DNA of 64,000 nucleotides from Sodaliphilus sp. (GCA_963643355.1 CAVIJE010000002.1:40142-104141), one strand, 5' to 3'. Positions 18,796 through 28,600 are shown, counted from the first letter of the stretch. The notes: generated by a model not told the origin, from the sequence alone. Program-made: numbers and translations.

Positions 18796-19049
18796 GTTAA
18801 ATAGGTGGAAATTGACTAATATTTAAATAGGTATTATTTTACCGATAGTTGAATAAAATCAATATCGCCATTCTAGAAGTTGATAAAGAGTTAAATAGAG
18901 ATAAGAGTAATATTAGGTGATATAGCCACATAGCAAGGAAGTCATTTTAATTACAAAATAGAGGTTTTTGGACTAAATAATATTCATTTAATGATTTGAT
19001 GAATTTAATAATTTCAATTTAATAAACGTTAAATATTGAATTTATATGA

Positions 19050-19067
19050 TTAGTAAATAATTAGTAG
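19050..19067 (+). repeat. Phased repeats TTAGTAA / TTAGTAG in the ORF-free gap
   Basis: Copies start at 19050 and 19061. Confidence 0.6.
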
Positions 19068-19100
19068 ATTTAAAAATGTGTTGAAAACTCGATTTTTCTA

Positions 19101-19109
19101 TGTGGATAA
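19101..19109 (-). promoter_or_regulatory. Consensus DnaA box
   Basis: Plus strand TGTGGATAA is the reverse complement of TTATCCACA (9/9). Confidence 0.6.
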
Positions 19110-19443
19110 ATTGTATATTAGAATTTATAAAGATATTAAAAACCTTTTGAATAGGTATTTTTTATTGTTTTTATTAACATAACGGACATTATGCGAAGTT
19201 ATGTGTTTTCTTGCTTTTGGAACTATTTTTATCACACTACTGAAATTAAAAAAATAACTATTTAAGAAGCTCTTCTCCTTATATCCAGTTAAATGCATAT
19301 GCCTTGTTTTATTTAAGAATTATTTTTTAGGCTATAATTTTCAAAAGATAGTCATTTCTTCTTTAGTGCCTCTAAAATAATTTTATGTTCAATCATTTCC
19401 TGCAACTATCATAAAGGTTTATAAACAATGATCTAAAATAGCT

Positions 19444-19478
19444 AAAAAATAAAAATGCAGTCATATTTTGACTGCATT
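19444..19478 (-). terminator. Intrinsic terminator after rsfS
   Basis: 10-bp stem AATGCAGTCA / TGACTGCATT. On the minus strand it is followed by TTTTTATTTTTT. Confidence 0.8.
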
Positions 19479-19494
19479 GATTAAGTTTATTTTT

Positions 19495-19800
19495 TTATTT
19501 TATATCTTCTAATTTGAAAAGTTCTCTTTTCTCTTTTGTCATTAAATGAATGACTATATTCCCAGTGTCGACTACGCACCATCCGCTATCAGGCTTGCCA
19601 TCTTTTTTGACAAAGATTTTTTCTTTCTCGTAAATGTAATCATCGATAACTTGGGCAATAGCTTCCAATTGCCTTTCATTACTTACAGTACCAATTACGT
19701 AATGTTCTGAAAATGGAGTTCTGTCCTTAACATCCAAAGCCACGATGTCGTCAACTTTCTTTTCGTCTAATAGTTTAACTACTTCTTCTAGTTCATTCAT
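19495..19800 (-). CDS. rsfS: Ribosomal silencing factor RsfS
   Basis: 101 aa. Last gene of the yqeG...nadD-yqeK-rsfS block. WCVVDTGNIVIHLM resembles the RsfS core. Confidence 0.85.
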   Translation of the reverse strand: MNELEEVVKLLDEKKVDDIVALDVKDRTPFSEHYVIGTVSNERQLEAIAQVIDDYIYEKEKIFVKKDGKPDSGWCVVDTGNIVIHLMTKEKRELFKLEDIK

Positions 19801-19802
19801 TT

Positions 19803-20906
19803 TTACTCCTCCTTGTTTAAGTATTCATCAAAACATTCCTTTGTGAGTGGAATTGATGTGTTTTCTCCTTTTTTTGAGAGAAAAATGGCGTTTTCTCTAA
19901 TAACATGCAGGAATCCTACATAATAATTTTTAAGACAATCCTTGATTAACGATGATGAATCATATCCTCTTGTTGGTTCTATTTTATCGGCTGCATAGAT
20001 GATTTTAGCCAGTTTCGACATGTGCGCCTTACCAGTGCAATGATATTTAATGGCGTCTAAAATAGTTTGATCTTTTATCCCGAATTCCCGTTCAGCTAAA
20101 TACATTCCAGTAAATTGATGATAAGCGAATGCTGGGTAATCCTTGAATTCATTAAAAGAATCCTCCATTATTCGTAAAGATTCCTCTTTAGGCAATTCCT
20201 TTCCGATATCATGCAAAATGCCAGCGATAAAAGCTCTTTCCGGTTTTTCTATATTGTTTGATTTTGCGATGGAATAAGCTACTTTAGCCACTGAAATTGA
20301 GTGGTTTAGACGTTTTTCCCCCAAATAACGATGGAGTTTCGTCATGAAATAAAGATTGTTTTCAATTATGTAATCGAGGACTTTTGTTGGGACGTCTATC
20401 GAATGCAACTCTCTTATTGAACTTGATGAGACTTCGCCAGATTCGAAAAAGTTAAGTGAAACCATTCTATATTCGGAAATAATCTCCTTTTTAGTTTCGA
20501 TATCCGGCCTATTCGAAAAAATAATTCGTGCGATATTTGATAATTCTTTCGCTTTGTGCCACTCTGGGAATTTATTCACTTCATCGGCGCCGATAAGCAA
20601 AAAAAGTTCCTTGTTGGGGTATTTTTCTTTGAAATATGAAACGGTGTCGTACGAATAATTAACCTCTTCGTCTTTCTTAAGTTCATATTCGCTTATGAAA
20701 AAGGATGGAGAACCATTAGCTTGCAAAGCCAATCGAAGCATTTTGAGCCTATCTTTAGCTAAAGCCGTAGGATTTTTCCATCGTGGCGATTTAGCTGGCA
20801 CAAAAACAACGTCTGCATTTAATAGCAAGGAAGCTTTCTGGGCGATTCTTAGATGACCGTTATGAATTGGATCAAATGTTCCACCAAAAATTATTAATCG
20901 TTCCAT
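19803..20906 (-). CDS. nadD: Fusion: nicotinate-nucleotide adenylyltransferase NadD + YqeK-type HD phosphohydrolase
   Basis: N-terminal GGTFDPIHNGH nucleotidyltransferase motif. The C-terminal half carries the HD motif GILHDIGKE. Single uninterrupted 367-aa ORF. Confidence 0.85.
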   Translation of the reverse strand: MERLIIFGGTFDPIHNGHLRIAQKASLLLNADVVFVPAKSPRWKNPTALAKDRLKMLRLALQANGSPSFFISEYELKKDEEVNYSYDTVSYFKEKYPNKELFLLIGADEVNKFPEWHKAKELSNIARIIFSNRPDIETKKEIISEYRMVSLNFFESGEVSSSSIRELHSIDVPTKVLDYIIENNLYFMTKLHRYLGEKRLNHSISVAKVAYSIAKSNNIEKPERAFIAGILHDIGKELPKEESLRIMEDSFNEFKDYPAFAYHQFTGMYLAEREFGIKDQTILDAIKYHCTGKAHMSKLAKIIYAADKIEPTRGYDSSSLIKDCLKNYYVGFLHVIRENAIFLSKKGENTSIPLTKECFDEYLNKEE

Positions 20907-20911
20907 TTTGC

Positions 20912-21199
20912 CTATAATATGATTTTGTGGTTTTTCTTGCTTTCGCGATAAAGAATGATCGTTCTTCCGATTATATCTACCACTTCGGATTTCGTCTTTT
21001 TCGCGATTTGGGTTGCTAAATCTTCACAAAGTTCATTTGAATTTTGAAGGATTTTGATTTTGATGAGCTCGTGAGCTTCTAGAGAATTGTTGACGGAAGT
21101 TATTACACCCTCGTCAATTTCTCCCTTGCCAAGATTTATTTGAGCTTTTAAATGATTGGCTAAGCCTTTTAAATATGCTTTATTTTTTGGTGTTAACAT
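20912..21199 (-). CDS. yhbY: RNA-binding CRM-domain protein YhbY/YqeI
   Basis: MLTPKNKAYLKGLANHLKAQINLGKGEI matches the YhbY N-terminus, so the start is set at 21199 rather than track 21229. Overlaps the yqeH end by 20 nt. Confidence 0.8.
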   Translation of the reverse strand: MLTPKNKAYLKGLANHLKAQINLGKGEIDEGVITSVNNSLEAHELIKIKILQNSNELCEDLATQIAKKTKSEVVDIIGRTIILYRESKKNHKIIL

Positions 21200-22358
21200 T
21201 ATTTTTGTGTCCTTTCGCTTTACCGGCATAAATACCTATGCCTTTTGGAACGTAAATTCTTATTTTTACAGGTGCCTGACTTTTGAATGAAAGCCATCCT
21301 AAGCCAGAAATGGCTAATTCTTGATGCGAGGCATCCTCTAACATTGCTTCAAAAATATCGTAATCAGAAATTGATTTGATTAAAGACAACGTAGGTTTTA
21401 AGGCTTTTTTCTCGTGATATTTTATGAATAATTCATCCATATTTTTCTTCGGAGAAATGATTTTGCATTGAATTTTTTGAGGGAAATGCAAACTTAATGA
21501 TATTTTTTTGTCTTCGCCAAGATAATCTATTCTTAACAACGAAGAAACAAATAACGAACCATTTTTAACTATCGATACTTTTTTACTGATATATGGTTGG
21601 TCCGTAATAAGATATTTAGCCAAATTTTTATCATGTGAAGCAATCTTATAGAAGGAATTAGACAATTCCGACCCTGGCGTATCATAAATGAAAGAGGCTG
21701 AATCAAGCGGTATCCTCAAAACGTCTAATTCAGTTCCGTAATATCTCGTAATGCCAATCGAATGATTCGATTTATTCTTAAATTGTTTCAAGAAAGCGTT
21801 TAAGAAATATGACTTTCCACTAGATTTATCACCGATTATATAGACATCATGCCCATTTCTCGTTTCTTCAATTTTCTTAATGATTTCCGATATATCGCAG
21901 CCAGAAAGCAAGGAAGTGAGGAAGATGTCGTTGGTTTTGACGTCTGCTCCATATTCCTTAAAAACATTTTGAACATATCCTTTAAGATCTTCTTCCGAGT
22001 ATTCTTTCGGCATTAAATCGCGTTTGTTGGCGACGATTAGGTATTTTAAGCCTTTGATGCTATTTATGATTTCGGAATTCAACGAACACTCAAATGACGT
22101 TAAATCGATAATTGAGACGATCAATGAATCGCTTGCTTTAGCGTCTTTTAGCATCGTAAGAAAATCTTTGGATACGCCGCTTTCTTTAGGAACTCGATTG
22201 TAACTTTGCTTTTTATAGCAAGAATCGCACAAAAGAATCGATTTATCGCCGTATTGTTCTATCGTTTCAGGATTGATGTATCCTTCTTTGGATGGGTCTT
22301 CGCTTTGAATAACCGCTCCACAATGATAGCAACGTTTCAAACTTTGAAATACTTTCAT
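21180..22358 (-). CDS. yqeH: Ribosome biogenesis GTPase YqeH (circularly permuted)
   Basis: N-terminal zinc ribbon CYHCG...CDSC. G4 NKRD precedes G1 GDKSSGKS. SD GGAGAT precedes the ATG at 22358. Confidence 0.85.
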   Translation of the reverse strand: MKVFQSLKRCYHCGAVIQSEDPSKEGYINPETIEQYGDKSILLCDSCYKKQSYNRVPKESGVSKDFLTMLKDAKASDSLIVSIIDLTSFECSLNSEIINSIKGLKYLIVANKRDLMPKEYSEEDLKGYVQNVFKEYGADVKTNDIFLTSLLSGCDISEIIKKIEETRNGHDVYIIGDKSSGKSYFLNAFLKQFKNKSNHSIGITRYYGTELDVLRIPLDSASFIYDTPGSELSNSFYKIASHDKNLAKYLITDQPYISKKVSIVKNGSLFVSSLLRIDYLGEDKKISLSLHFPQKIQCKIISPKKNMDELFIKYHEKKALKPTLSLIKSISDYDIFEAMLEDASHQELAISGLGWLSFKSQAPVKIRIYVPKGIGIYAGKAKGHKNNVNTKK

Positions 22359-22882
22359 AGGATCTCCTTCCACATGCTTTTGTATGGTTCTTTATATAAT
22401 TTTTTCATTTTGTGCTTAGAAAGTAAACGATTAATCTTTGTCCATGGTGGATCTAGTGGCGTTAGAGGCTTAGTTAAAATCACTCTTATTCCTGCTTTAT
22501 TGCCGGCATAAACATCAGTGAGAATCTGATCACCTATTAAAACGGTTTCTTCTTGCTTGAAACCCTCTTTCTTTATCACCTTCTTTAATGGACCAGCAAA
22601 AGGTTTTCTTAAAGCGCAATAAGCCGGTATATCTAGTTCTTTGGCGAAATTATGTACTCTTTCGCTTGTGTTATTCGAGGCAATTGCAACACTTAAACCA
22701 AGATCTTTTAGATTGTTTATCAATTCTTTCGTCTTTGACGATGGCGTTTTCTCTTTGTAAGAGGCCAAAGTATTATCCAAATCTAATAAAACGTGTTTTA
22801 TGTTATTATCTTTATAAAAGGATAAAGGTATGTCATAAACCGATAAGGCTATGGCGAATGGTATTGCTTTTTTATTCATCAT
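22355..22882 (-). CDS. yqeG: YqeG-family HAD phosphatase
   Basis: HAD motif I LLDLDNTL. 175 aa. First gene of the conserved yqeG-yqeH block. Confidence 0.75.
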   Translation of the reverse strand: MMNKKAIPFAIALSVYDIPLSFYKDNNIKHVLLDLDNTLASYKEKTPSSKTKELINNLKDLGLSVAIASNNTSERVHNFAKELDIPAYCALRKPFAGPLKKVIKKEGFKQEETVLIGDQILTDVYAGNKAGIRVILTKPLTPLDPPWTKINRLLSKHKMKKLYKEPYKSMWKEIL

Positions 22883-25472
22883 TTAAATCATCAAATAAAG
22901 AAATTTGTTCGAATGCTCCAGTGGATTCAGGTTTATTTTCCACGCTAGTTTCGTTTTGTGCCTCTTCTTCTTGGTGAGTCGGTTCATATGATTTGATCGT
23001 CTCATCAAGTAAAGGCGAAAATTCGCGAGAAATCCTTAATATCCTGTTTTTGGAAGGGAATTCATCTGGGCGCTTGGCGTATTTTTCCATCGGTGTTAGA
23101 TAAAGATCTTCGAATGTCACATCGTATCTTGAATAATCGTTCAAGACAGCATCGAGTGTATATGGAAGTTCAATATCTACCACTTTTTGAATGAAGATAA
23201 GACTATGTGGCTCTTTCTTAAACATGTCATATAAGGTGAAAACCTTATCGAGTCTATGGGCCAACGGTATTTTGTTCATATCAAAAATTCTCGTATGGCA
23301 ACGATCTGTGACGAGCATCACCTTGCCAAGTTTTTCTTCTGGATCATAAGATAGAAGACCGGCAAGTTCCTTTCCTCTAAACGAACCCGCTTTGTTTCCG
23401 GAAGTTTTTGGATTTGTGATGCCAATATCATTTTCATTATAGAAGATAGCTTTTCCTTCTTTTGAGGCAATAAAGATATTCGATTGCCCACTTGTGAAAC
23501 AAACGTCGATTAATTCGTCACCTTTCGCTAAGCGAATTGCCGGAATGGCTTTTGATTTTCTAATCACCTCAAAGGAAGATAATCTACAACGTTTGATATA
23601 GCCGTTTTTCGTGAGCATGACGATAAATAGGTCATCGCGGAATTTTCTTACGGCAAAGCCTCCGACGATTTTGTCATCGGGAATGACGTTTATCAAAGAT
23701 GAAATATGGAAACCTTCATCGTTCCATTTAGCTTCTTTTATTTCATTAACTGGGATGTAAAGGAAATTCCCTTTCGTCGTGAAGAGGATAAGGTAATCCG
23801 TTGTCACGCATTGAGCTTCGAAAACGAATGAATCGCCAGTTTTTATTCCTGGGCGAGCGCCGTTATGTCCGCCACTGCCTTTCCAAGATTTGAGACTCGA
23901 ACGTTTGATATAACCATCTCTAGTTGCAACAACGAAAACATCTTCTTTTGCGATGAGATCTCTCTTGTTGATGACAACATTCTCTTCTTCCGCTGGCCTA
24001 ATCTCCGTCTTTCTATCATCGCCATATGTTTTTGCGATGCGATTTAAATCAGAAATTATGAGATCTTCTCTCTTTCCTTGGTCGCTTAAGAGCGAATTGA
24101 GGTAAATGATATCTGCATTGAGATCGTCTCTTTCTTTTTCAAGCACGCTTACATCAGTGTGGGAGAGTTTGTAAAGAGGCATTGTGACGATTGCTTCGGA
24201 TTGGGCTTCGTCAAATCCGAATTCTTTTTGAATATTTATTTTTGAGTCGGCCTTATCCTTTGATTTTCTTATTACTGCTACAACCTCATCTAAAATTGAT
24301 ATTGCCTTAATCAAACCGTTTACGATATTGATTCTTGCTGTATCTTTATTAAGATTAAAGTGCGTACGACGCGAAATGACGTCTAACTCATGAGCTATAT
24401 AGCAATCGCAATAGTCGATTAAATTCATCGTTTTTGGACGATTGTCAACAATAGCCACCATATGAGCGCTATATGAGACTTTTAATTCTGTTTTGTTAAG
24501 CAAATAGGCAATTATTGCTTCTGGTTTAGCCTCGTTTTTTAAATCTATCGCAATGCGGATTCCCTCTTTGTCCGATTCGTCGCGGACTTCTTCTATTCCA
24601 GGAATCGTTTTATCGTGTCTTATTTGATCAATCGATTTGACGAGTTCGGATTTATTGGTTCTATAAGGTATTTCGCTAATTATGATTTGCTTTTGTTTTC
24701 CGTCGTCTACGACTTCATATTTCGAAGAGATGGTAACCTTCCCTCGACCAAGCCTATATATATCCTTTAAAGAATCAGAATCATATATAATTCCGCCGGT
24801 AGGGAAATCTGGGCCAGGAAGGTAAGATAAAAGTGAGTCCAAATCGCAATTTGGATGCTTGATTCTATAAGAAACGGCTTGTGAGAGTTCGCGAAGGTTG
24901 TGCGGTGGGATGCTTGTGGCTATTCCAACGGCAATTCCTTCGGTTCCGTTTGCAAATAAATTAGGAAAACGGCATGGAAGGACTGTTGGTTCTAATTCGG
25001 TATCATCGAAAGTTAATTCCATATCAACCGTATCGCGGTCTAAATCAGCGACCAATTCGTTTGCTAAAGCCGATAATCTAGCTTCAGTATAACGGTAAGC
25101 AGCCGGTCCATCGCCGTCAATTGAGCCGTTGTTTCCTTGGAAATTTATAAGAGGATAACGATAAGCCCATGGTTGAGACATATGGACTAAGGCTTCATAG
25201 ATTGATGAATCACCATGAGGGTGATATTTACCCATGACGTTTCCGACGATATGTGCGCATTTTTTGGTTGGCTTATCGATGGTATTGCCCGTTTTCGCCA
25301 TATCAAAAATGATTCTGCGCTGGACTGGTTTCAATCCGTCTCTAGCATCAGGAATTGCGCGATCTTGAATGACGTCTTTTGCATAAATGGCGTATTTTGC
25401 GCCCATCATTTCATCGAGCGTATCGGAAATTATGTTTTCAATTATTTCTTCTTCTTTAACTTTTTTAGCCAT
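22872..25472 (-). CDS. parC: DNA topoisomerase IV subunit A (type IIA A subunit; ParC preferred over GyrA)
   Basis: Motifs [14 protein letters not shown] and [10 protein letters not shown] (catalytic Tyr). Follows the B subunit, and the pair sits next to plsY as parE-parC does in many Bacillota. Confidence 0.75.
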   Translation of the reverse strand: MAKKVKEEEIIENIISDTLDEMMGAKYAIYAKDVIQDRAIPDARDGLKPVQRRIIFDMAKTGNTIDKPTKKCAHIVGNVMGKYHPHGDSSIYEALVHMSQPWAYRYPLINFQGNNGSIDGDGPAAYRYTEARLSALANELVADLDRDTVDMELTFDDTELEPTVLPCRFPNLFANGTEGIAVGIATSIPPHNLRELSQAVSYRIKHPNCDLDSLLSYLPGPDFPTGGIIYDSDSLKDIYRLGRGKVTISSKYEVVDDGKQKQIIISEIPYRTNKSELVKSIDQIRHDKTIPGIEEVRDESDKEGIRIAIDLKNEAKPEAIIAYLLNKTELKVSYSAHMVAIVDNRPKTMNLIDYCDCYIAHELDVISRRTHFNLNKDTARINIVNGLIKAISILDEVVAVIRKSKDKADSKINIQKEFGFDEAQSEAIVTMPLYKLSHTDVSVLEKERDDLNADIIYLNSLLSDQGKREDLIISDLNRIAKTYGDDRKTEIRPAEEENVVINKRDLIAKEDVFVVATRDGYIKRSSLKSWKGSGGHNGARPGIKTGDSFVFEAQCVTTDYLILFTTKGNFLYIPVNEIKEAKWNDEGFHISSLINVIPDDKIVGGFAVRKFRDDLFIVMLTKNGYIKRCRLSSFEVIRKSKAIPAIRLAKGDELIDVCFTSGQSNIFIASKEGKAIFYNENDIGITNPKTSGNKAGSFRGKELAGLLSYDPEEKLGKVMLVTDRCHTRIFDMNKIPLAHRLDKVFTLYDMFKKEPHSLIFIQKVVDIELPYTLDAVLNDYSRYDVTFEDLYLTPMEKYAKRPDEFPSKNRILRISREFSPLLDETIKSYEPTHQEEEAQNETSVENKPESTGAFEQISLFDDLNDE

Positions 25473-25474
25473 AA

Positions 25475-27424
25475 TTACTTTCCTTTCTCGATTTCTTGAA
25501 GGAAAGTATCTTCTTCATTGAAAGTGACATTTTCTTCAATCCAATTCCAACGAGCGCTAGAGTCCTTGCCCATAAGAACGTTGATTCTTTTTTCAACAAT
25601 CAAAGGATCATCAATTTTAACCCTCATTAAGACCCTCTTCTTTTTATCCATCGTTGTTTCTGCTAACTGACTTGCGTTCATTTCACCAAGACCCTTATAA
25701 CGCTTGATTACGTAACCGGCACCAACCTTTGCTTTGGCTTTTTCCAATTCTTCGTCATTCCAACAATAAATGTGGTTGGCTTGGTTGCTCTTTTTATAAA
25801 CGCTATATAGTGGAGGTTGCGCTATATAAACCATCCCATTGTCAATGAGTGGCTTCATGAAATTGTAAAAGAACGTTAAAAGCAGCGTTTGGATGTGGGC
25901 ACCATCGGTATCAGCATCGGTCATAATGATTATTTTTCCATATTTAGATGCGGAAACGTCGAATTCTTGCCCGACTCCTGCTCCGATTGTTTGAATTATC
26001 GTTGAAAATTCTGTGTTAGCAATGATTTTATCAATACTAAGGCTATCTGTGTTCAATGGCTTTCCGCGTAAAGGCAATATCGCTTGATGAAGACGGTCGC
26101 GACCTGTTTTAGCTGAACCGCCGGCAGAATCGCCTTCAACGATGAATAATTCGTTATTCTTGTAATCTTTTGATTGGGCTGAAGCTAACTTGTCAGAAAT
26201 TATATAATCTATGACCTTTTTCTTTTGTGCTCCGCGAGCCGCTTCTTTTGCTTTTCTTGCGGCATCACGGGCTTCTTTTGAAGCTTGACACTTCTTGATT
26301 AAGTCTAACGCAAAATCTTTATGCTCATTAAGATAATAGGTAAGGAAATTTTGAACGGCGTTAGAAACTACTGGGGTAACTTCAGCTGAACCGAGTTTTC
26401 CTTTTGTTTGACCCTCAAATAGTAAGTCAGCCGCCTTAACAGAGACTATTGCCGTAAGCCCTTCCCTAATATCAGAACCATCTAAAGTTTGATTTGGCTT
26501 AATCAACTCATTTTGAGAAGCCCATTCGTTCAACGTTTTCGTCAAAGCTGATTTAAAAGCTGTTTCATGCGTTCCGCCATCTCCCGTTTTTACGTCGTTA
26601 GCGTAGGAAATGATGTTCTCGCTATAGTCTCCGGAGCACCATTGCATGGCGACTTCGACTTCAATTGGACTGTTCTTATCGACAAACCAAAGGGTTTCGC
26701 CAAGTGGTGTTTTGCTTTGTGTCATCGTCTGAACGAATTCTTTTAAACCATGTTCGGTATAAAAATCGTGGGTATTTCCGGTTTTTTGATCTTTTAAGAT
26801 AAAATGAACGCCAGTTAAAAGATAGCTTTTTTCTTCTAATCTGTTGGCAATGGTATCCCAAGAGAACTTAACATTAGGGAAAATCGTTGGATCCGGCTTG
26901 AAATGTACCAAAGTTCCGTGTTTGGTCGTAGTTCCGATAACTTCCAATGGTTGCGTTAATTTGCCACCATTACTAAAACCGATATGATAAATTTTTCCAT
27001 CGCGGCAAATGGTGACTTCACAATATTCGGACAATGCGTTTGTGACGGTTGCGCCGACACCATGCAAACCACCAGCGACTTTATAGACGCTGCTATTGAA
27101 TTTTCCGCCAGAATGTAATGTTGTATAAATAAGTTGAACGGCCGGGACTTTTGCTTGCGGGTGAATGTCGACAGGGATTCCGCGTCCTTCATCTTCCACA
27201 GAGATAGAGCCATCCTTTAACATGGTGACTGTTATTTTTTTACCCCATCCGTTAATAGCTTCATCAACGGCGTTATCGACGATTTCCCATACTAAGTGAT
27301 GCAAACCACTTAAGCTTGTGCTGCCGATATACATACCGGGACGTTTTCTAACGCCCTCTAATTCGCTTAATAGTTCAATATTTTGAGCCGTGTAATTGTT
27401 TTCTGCTTTTGTGATGTCGTCCAT
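25475..27424 (-). CDS. parE: DNA topoisomerase IV subunit B (ParE preferred over GyrB)
   Basis: GHKL ATPase N-terminus, Toprim EGDSAGGSAK, PLRGK motif. Divergent from plsY. Confidence 0.75.
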   Translation of the reverse strand: MDDITKAENNYTAQNIELLSELEGVRKRPGMYIGSTSLSGLHHLVWEIVDNAVDEAINGWGKKITVTMLKDGSISVEDEGRGIPVDIHPQAKVPAVQLIYTTLHSGGKFNSSVYKVAGGLHGVGATVTNALSEYCEVTICRDGKIYHIGFSNGGKLTQPLEVIGTTTKHGTLVHFKPDPTIFPNVKFSWDTIANRLEEKSYLLTGVHFILKDQKTGNTHDFYTEHGLKEFVQTMTQSKTPLGETLWFVDKNSPIEVEVAMQWCSGDYSENIISYANDVKTGDGGTHETAFKSALTKTLNEWASQNELIKPNQTLDGSDIREGLTAIVSVKAADLLFEGQTKGKLGSAEVTPVVSNAVQNFLTYYLNEHKDFALDLIKKCQASKEARDAARKAKEAARGAQKKKVIDYIISDKLASAQSKDYKNNELFIVEGDSAGGSAKTGRDRLHQAILPLRGKPLNTDSLSIDKIIANTEFSTIIQTIGAGVGQEFDVSASKYGKIIIMTDADTDGAHIQTLLLTFFYNFMKPLIDNGMVYIAQPPLYSVYKKSNQANHIYCWNDEELEKAKAKVGAGYVIKRYKGLGEMNASQLAETTMDKKKRVLMRVKIDDPLIVEKRINVLMGKDSSARWNWIEENVTFNEEDTFLQEIEKGK

Positions 27425-27453
27425 AAAATGTAAAATACCGTAAAACTAGAAGT

Positions 27454-27462
27454 ATTATAGCA
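27454..27462 (-). promoter_or_regulatory. Extended -10 element upstream of parE
   Basis: Minus strand TGCTATAAT; weak -35 (TTACTT). Confidence 0.4.
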
Positions 27463-27470
27463 AACTTTCA

Positions 27471-27499
27471 TTGAAAAAGTAACCTTATCTATAGATAAT
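27471..27499 (+). promoter_or_regulatory. plsY promoter
   Basis: TTGAAA, 17 nt, GATAAT; SD TAGGAG downstream. Confidence 0.55.
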
Positions 27500-27532
27500 A
27501 TTTAAGATTTTTGTTTTTAGGAGCGAATTGTT

Positions 27533-28267
27533 ATGAATGACGTTTGGATTAATGTAATCGTTGCAGCAGTTGCGTGTGCGTTCGGTTTTTTGATGGGGAG
27601 TATACCGAATGGCGTTTTGATAGGCAAAATTTTCTTTCATGACGATCCAAGGAATTACGGCTCGCATAATTCAGGAGGAACCAACTCTGGACGTGCGTTT
27701 GGAAAAAAAGTTGGCGTGGCAGTGATTGTACTAGATATATTCAAGGCGGTGGCGTCTTTTTGGACTATTTGGGCCGTTTTGAGGTTTTCTGGGCTAAGGC
27801 AAAGTTTCAATTTGTTCGATGATGGGGTCTTTTATAACTATTTAGCGCTACTCTTTGTGGCACTTGGGCATTGTTTTTCGCCGTGGATTCATTTTAAAGG
27901 TGGAAAAGCCGTTGCTTGCTATATGGGGGCAGTTGGAGGACAGGGTTTTCTCAATTTTGCTTTGTGTGCCGGAATATTTTACGCCCTATTCAAGAAAAAA
28001 CACGTAATGTCAATTGCGACGATCGGGACAAGCTTGATAGTATCTCTTATTCAATGGGTGCTTTTTGCCGTTAGATTATGCCTTCCTAATAATGGTCAAC
28101 GCATAATAGATTATTTTATGTTCAATCTTGGTTTTGGCGGTGGAGCGTTCTATGGTTGGGAATGCGCCACAATAAGCACGCTAATTACAGTTTTACTTAT
28201 AATAAGACACGCTTCTAATATCCAAAGATTGAAAAATGGCGAAGAAAAGCCAGTTGAATGGAAATAG
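27533..28267 (+). CDS. plsY: Glycerol-3-phosphate acyltransferase PlsY
   Basis: Multi-pass membrane protein with GSHNSGGTNSGR motif; SD TAGGAG upstream. Longer (244 aa) than typical PlsY. Confidence 0.85.
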   Translation: MNDVWINVIVAAVACAFGFLMGSIPNGVLIGKIFFHDDPRNYGSHNSGGTNSGRAFGKKVGVAVIVLDIFKAVASFWTIWAVLRFSGLRQSFNLFDDGVFYNYLALLFVALGHCFSPWIHFKGGKAVACYMGAVGGQGFLNFALCAGIFYALFKKKHVMSIATIGTSLIVSLIQWVLFAVRLCLPNNGQRIIDYFMFNLGFGGGAFYGWECATISTLITVLLIIRHASNIQRLKNGEEKPVEWK

Positions 28268-28274
28268 TTTTATA

Positions 28275-28292
28275 TTAGTAAATTTTTAGTTA
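28275..28292 (+). repeat. Phased repeats TTAGTAA / TTAGTTA after plsY
   Basis: Copies start at 28275 and 28286. Confidence 0.5.
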
Positions 28293-28600
28293 TATAAAGA
28301 TATCTATTTAATAAGTAGGTATCTTATTTTTTGTTAAAATAGCAAAAATTTTAAAAATAATTTTTAAAATCATTTATTTGTTTCGAAAAACAACTCTTGC
28401 GTTATTGAATTATATTATTTTCCGTTATATTTTTTCGAATGCCAATTTTTTTGATTTAAACATCTACTCCTTTTTTCATTCTTGATGCTATGCGTTTATT
28501 TTTTAAATGCTTTTAATCAATTATTTTAGCGGTCATTTCATTTAATAAATTTTTGTATTAGTTTTTATTAGACGGATATATTTTTTGCAAGCCAATACAT

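Larger units (their letters stand above)
18796..19443. other. ORF-free, extremely AT-rich spacer between convergent transcription units
   Basis: No ORF of 60 aa or more in six frames. Bounded by the deoB and rsfS terminators. Confidence 0.9.

Noticed and set aside
19191-19265. 24-codon plus-strand ORF MRSYVFSCFWNYFYHTTEIKKITI in the first gap, and 14-16 codon ORFs nearby (e.g. from 19100).
   Set aside because: No SD and no peptide-like architecture. They overlap the slightly more plausible 18-codon hydrophobic ORF in another frame.
18739-19494. Interpreting the AT-rich gap with its perfect DnaA box as oriC.
   Set aside because: Flanking transcription converges on the gap rather than diverging from it. 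There is no dnaA, dnaN or rpmH nearby. Only one perfect and one 7/9 box are present, instead of a cluster with an adjacent unwinding element.
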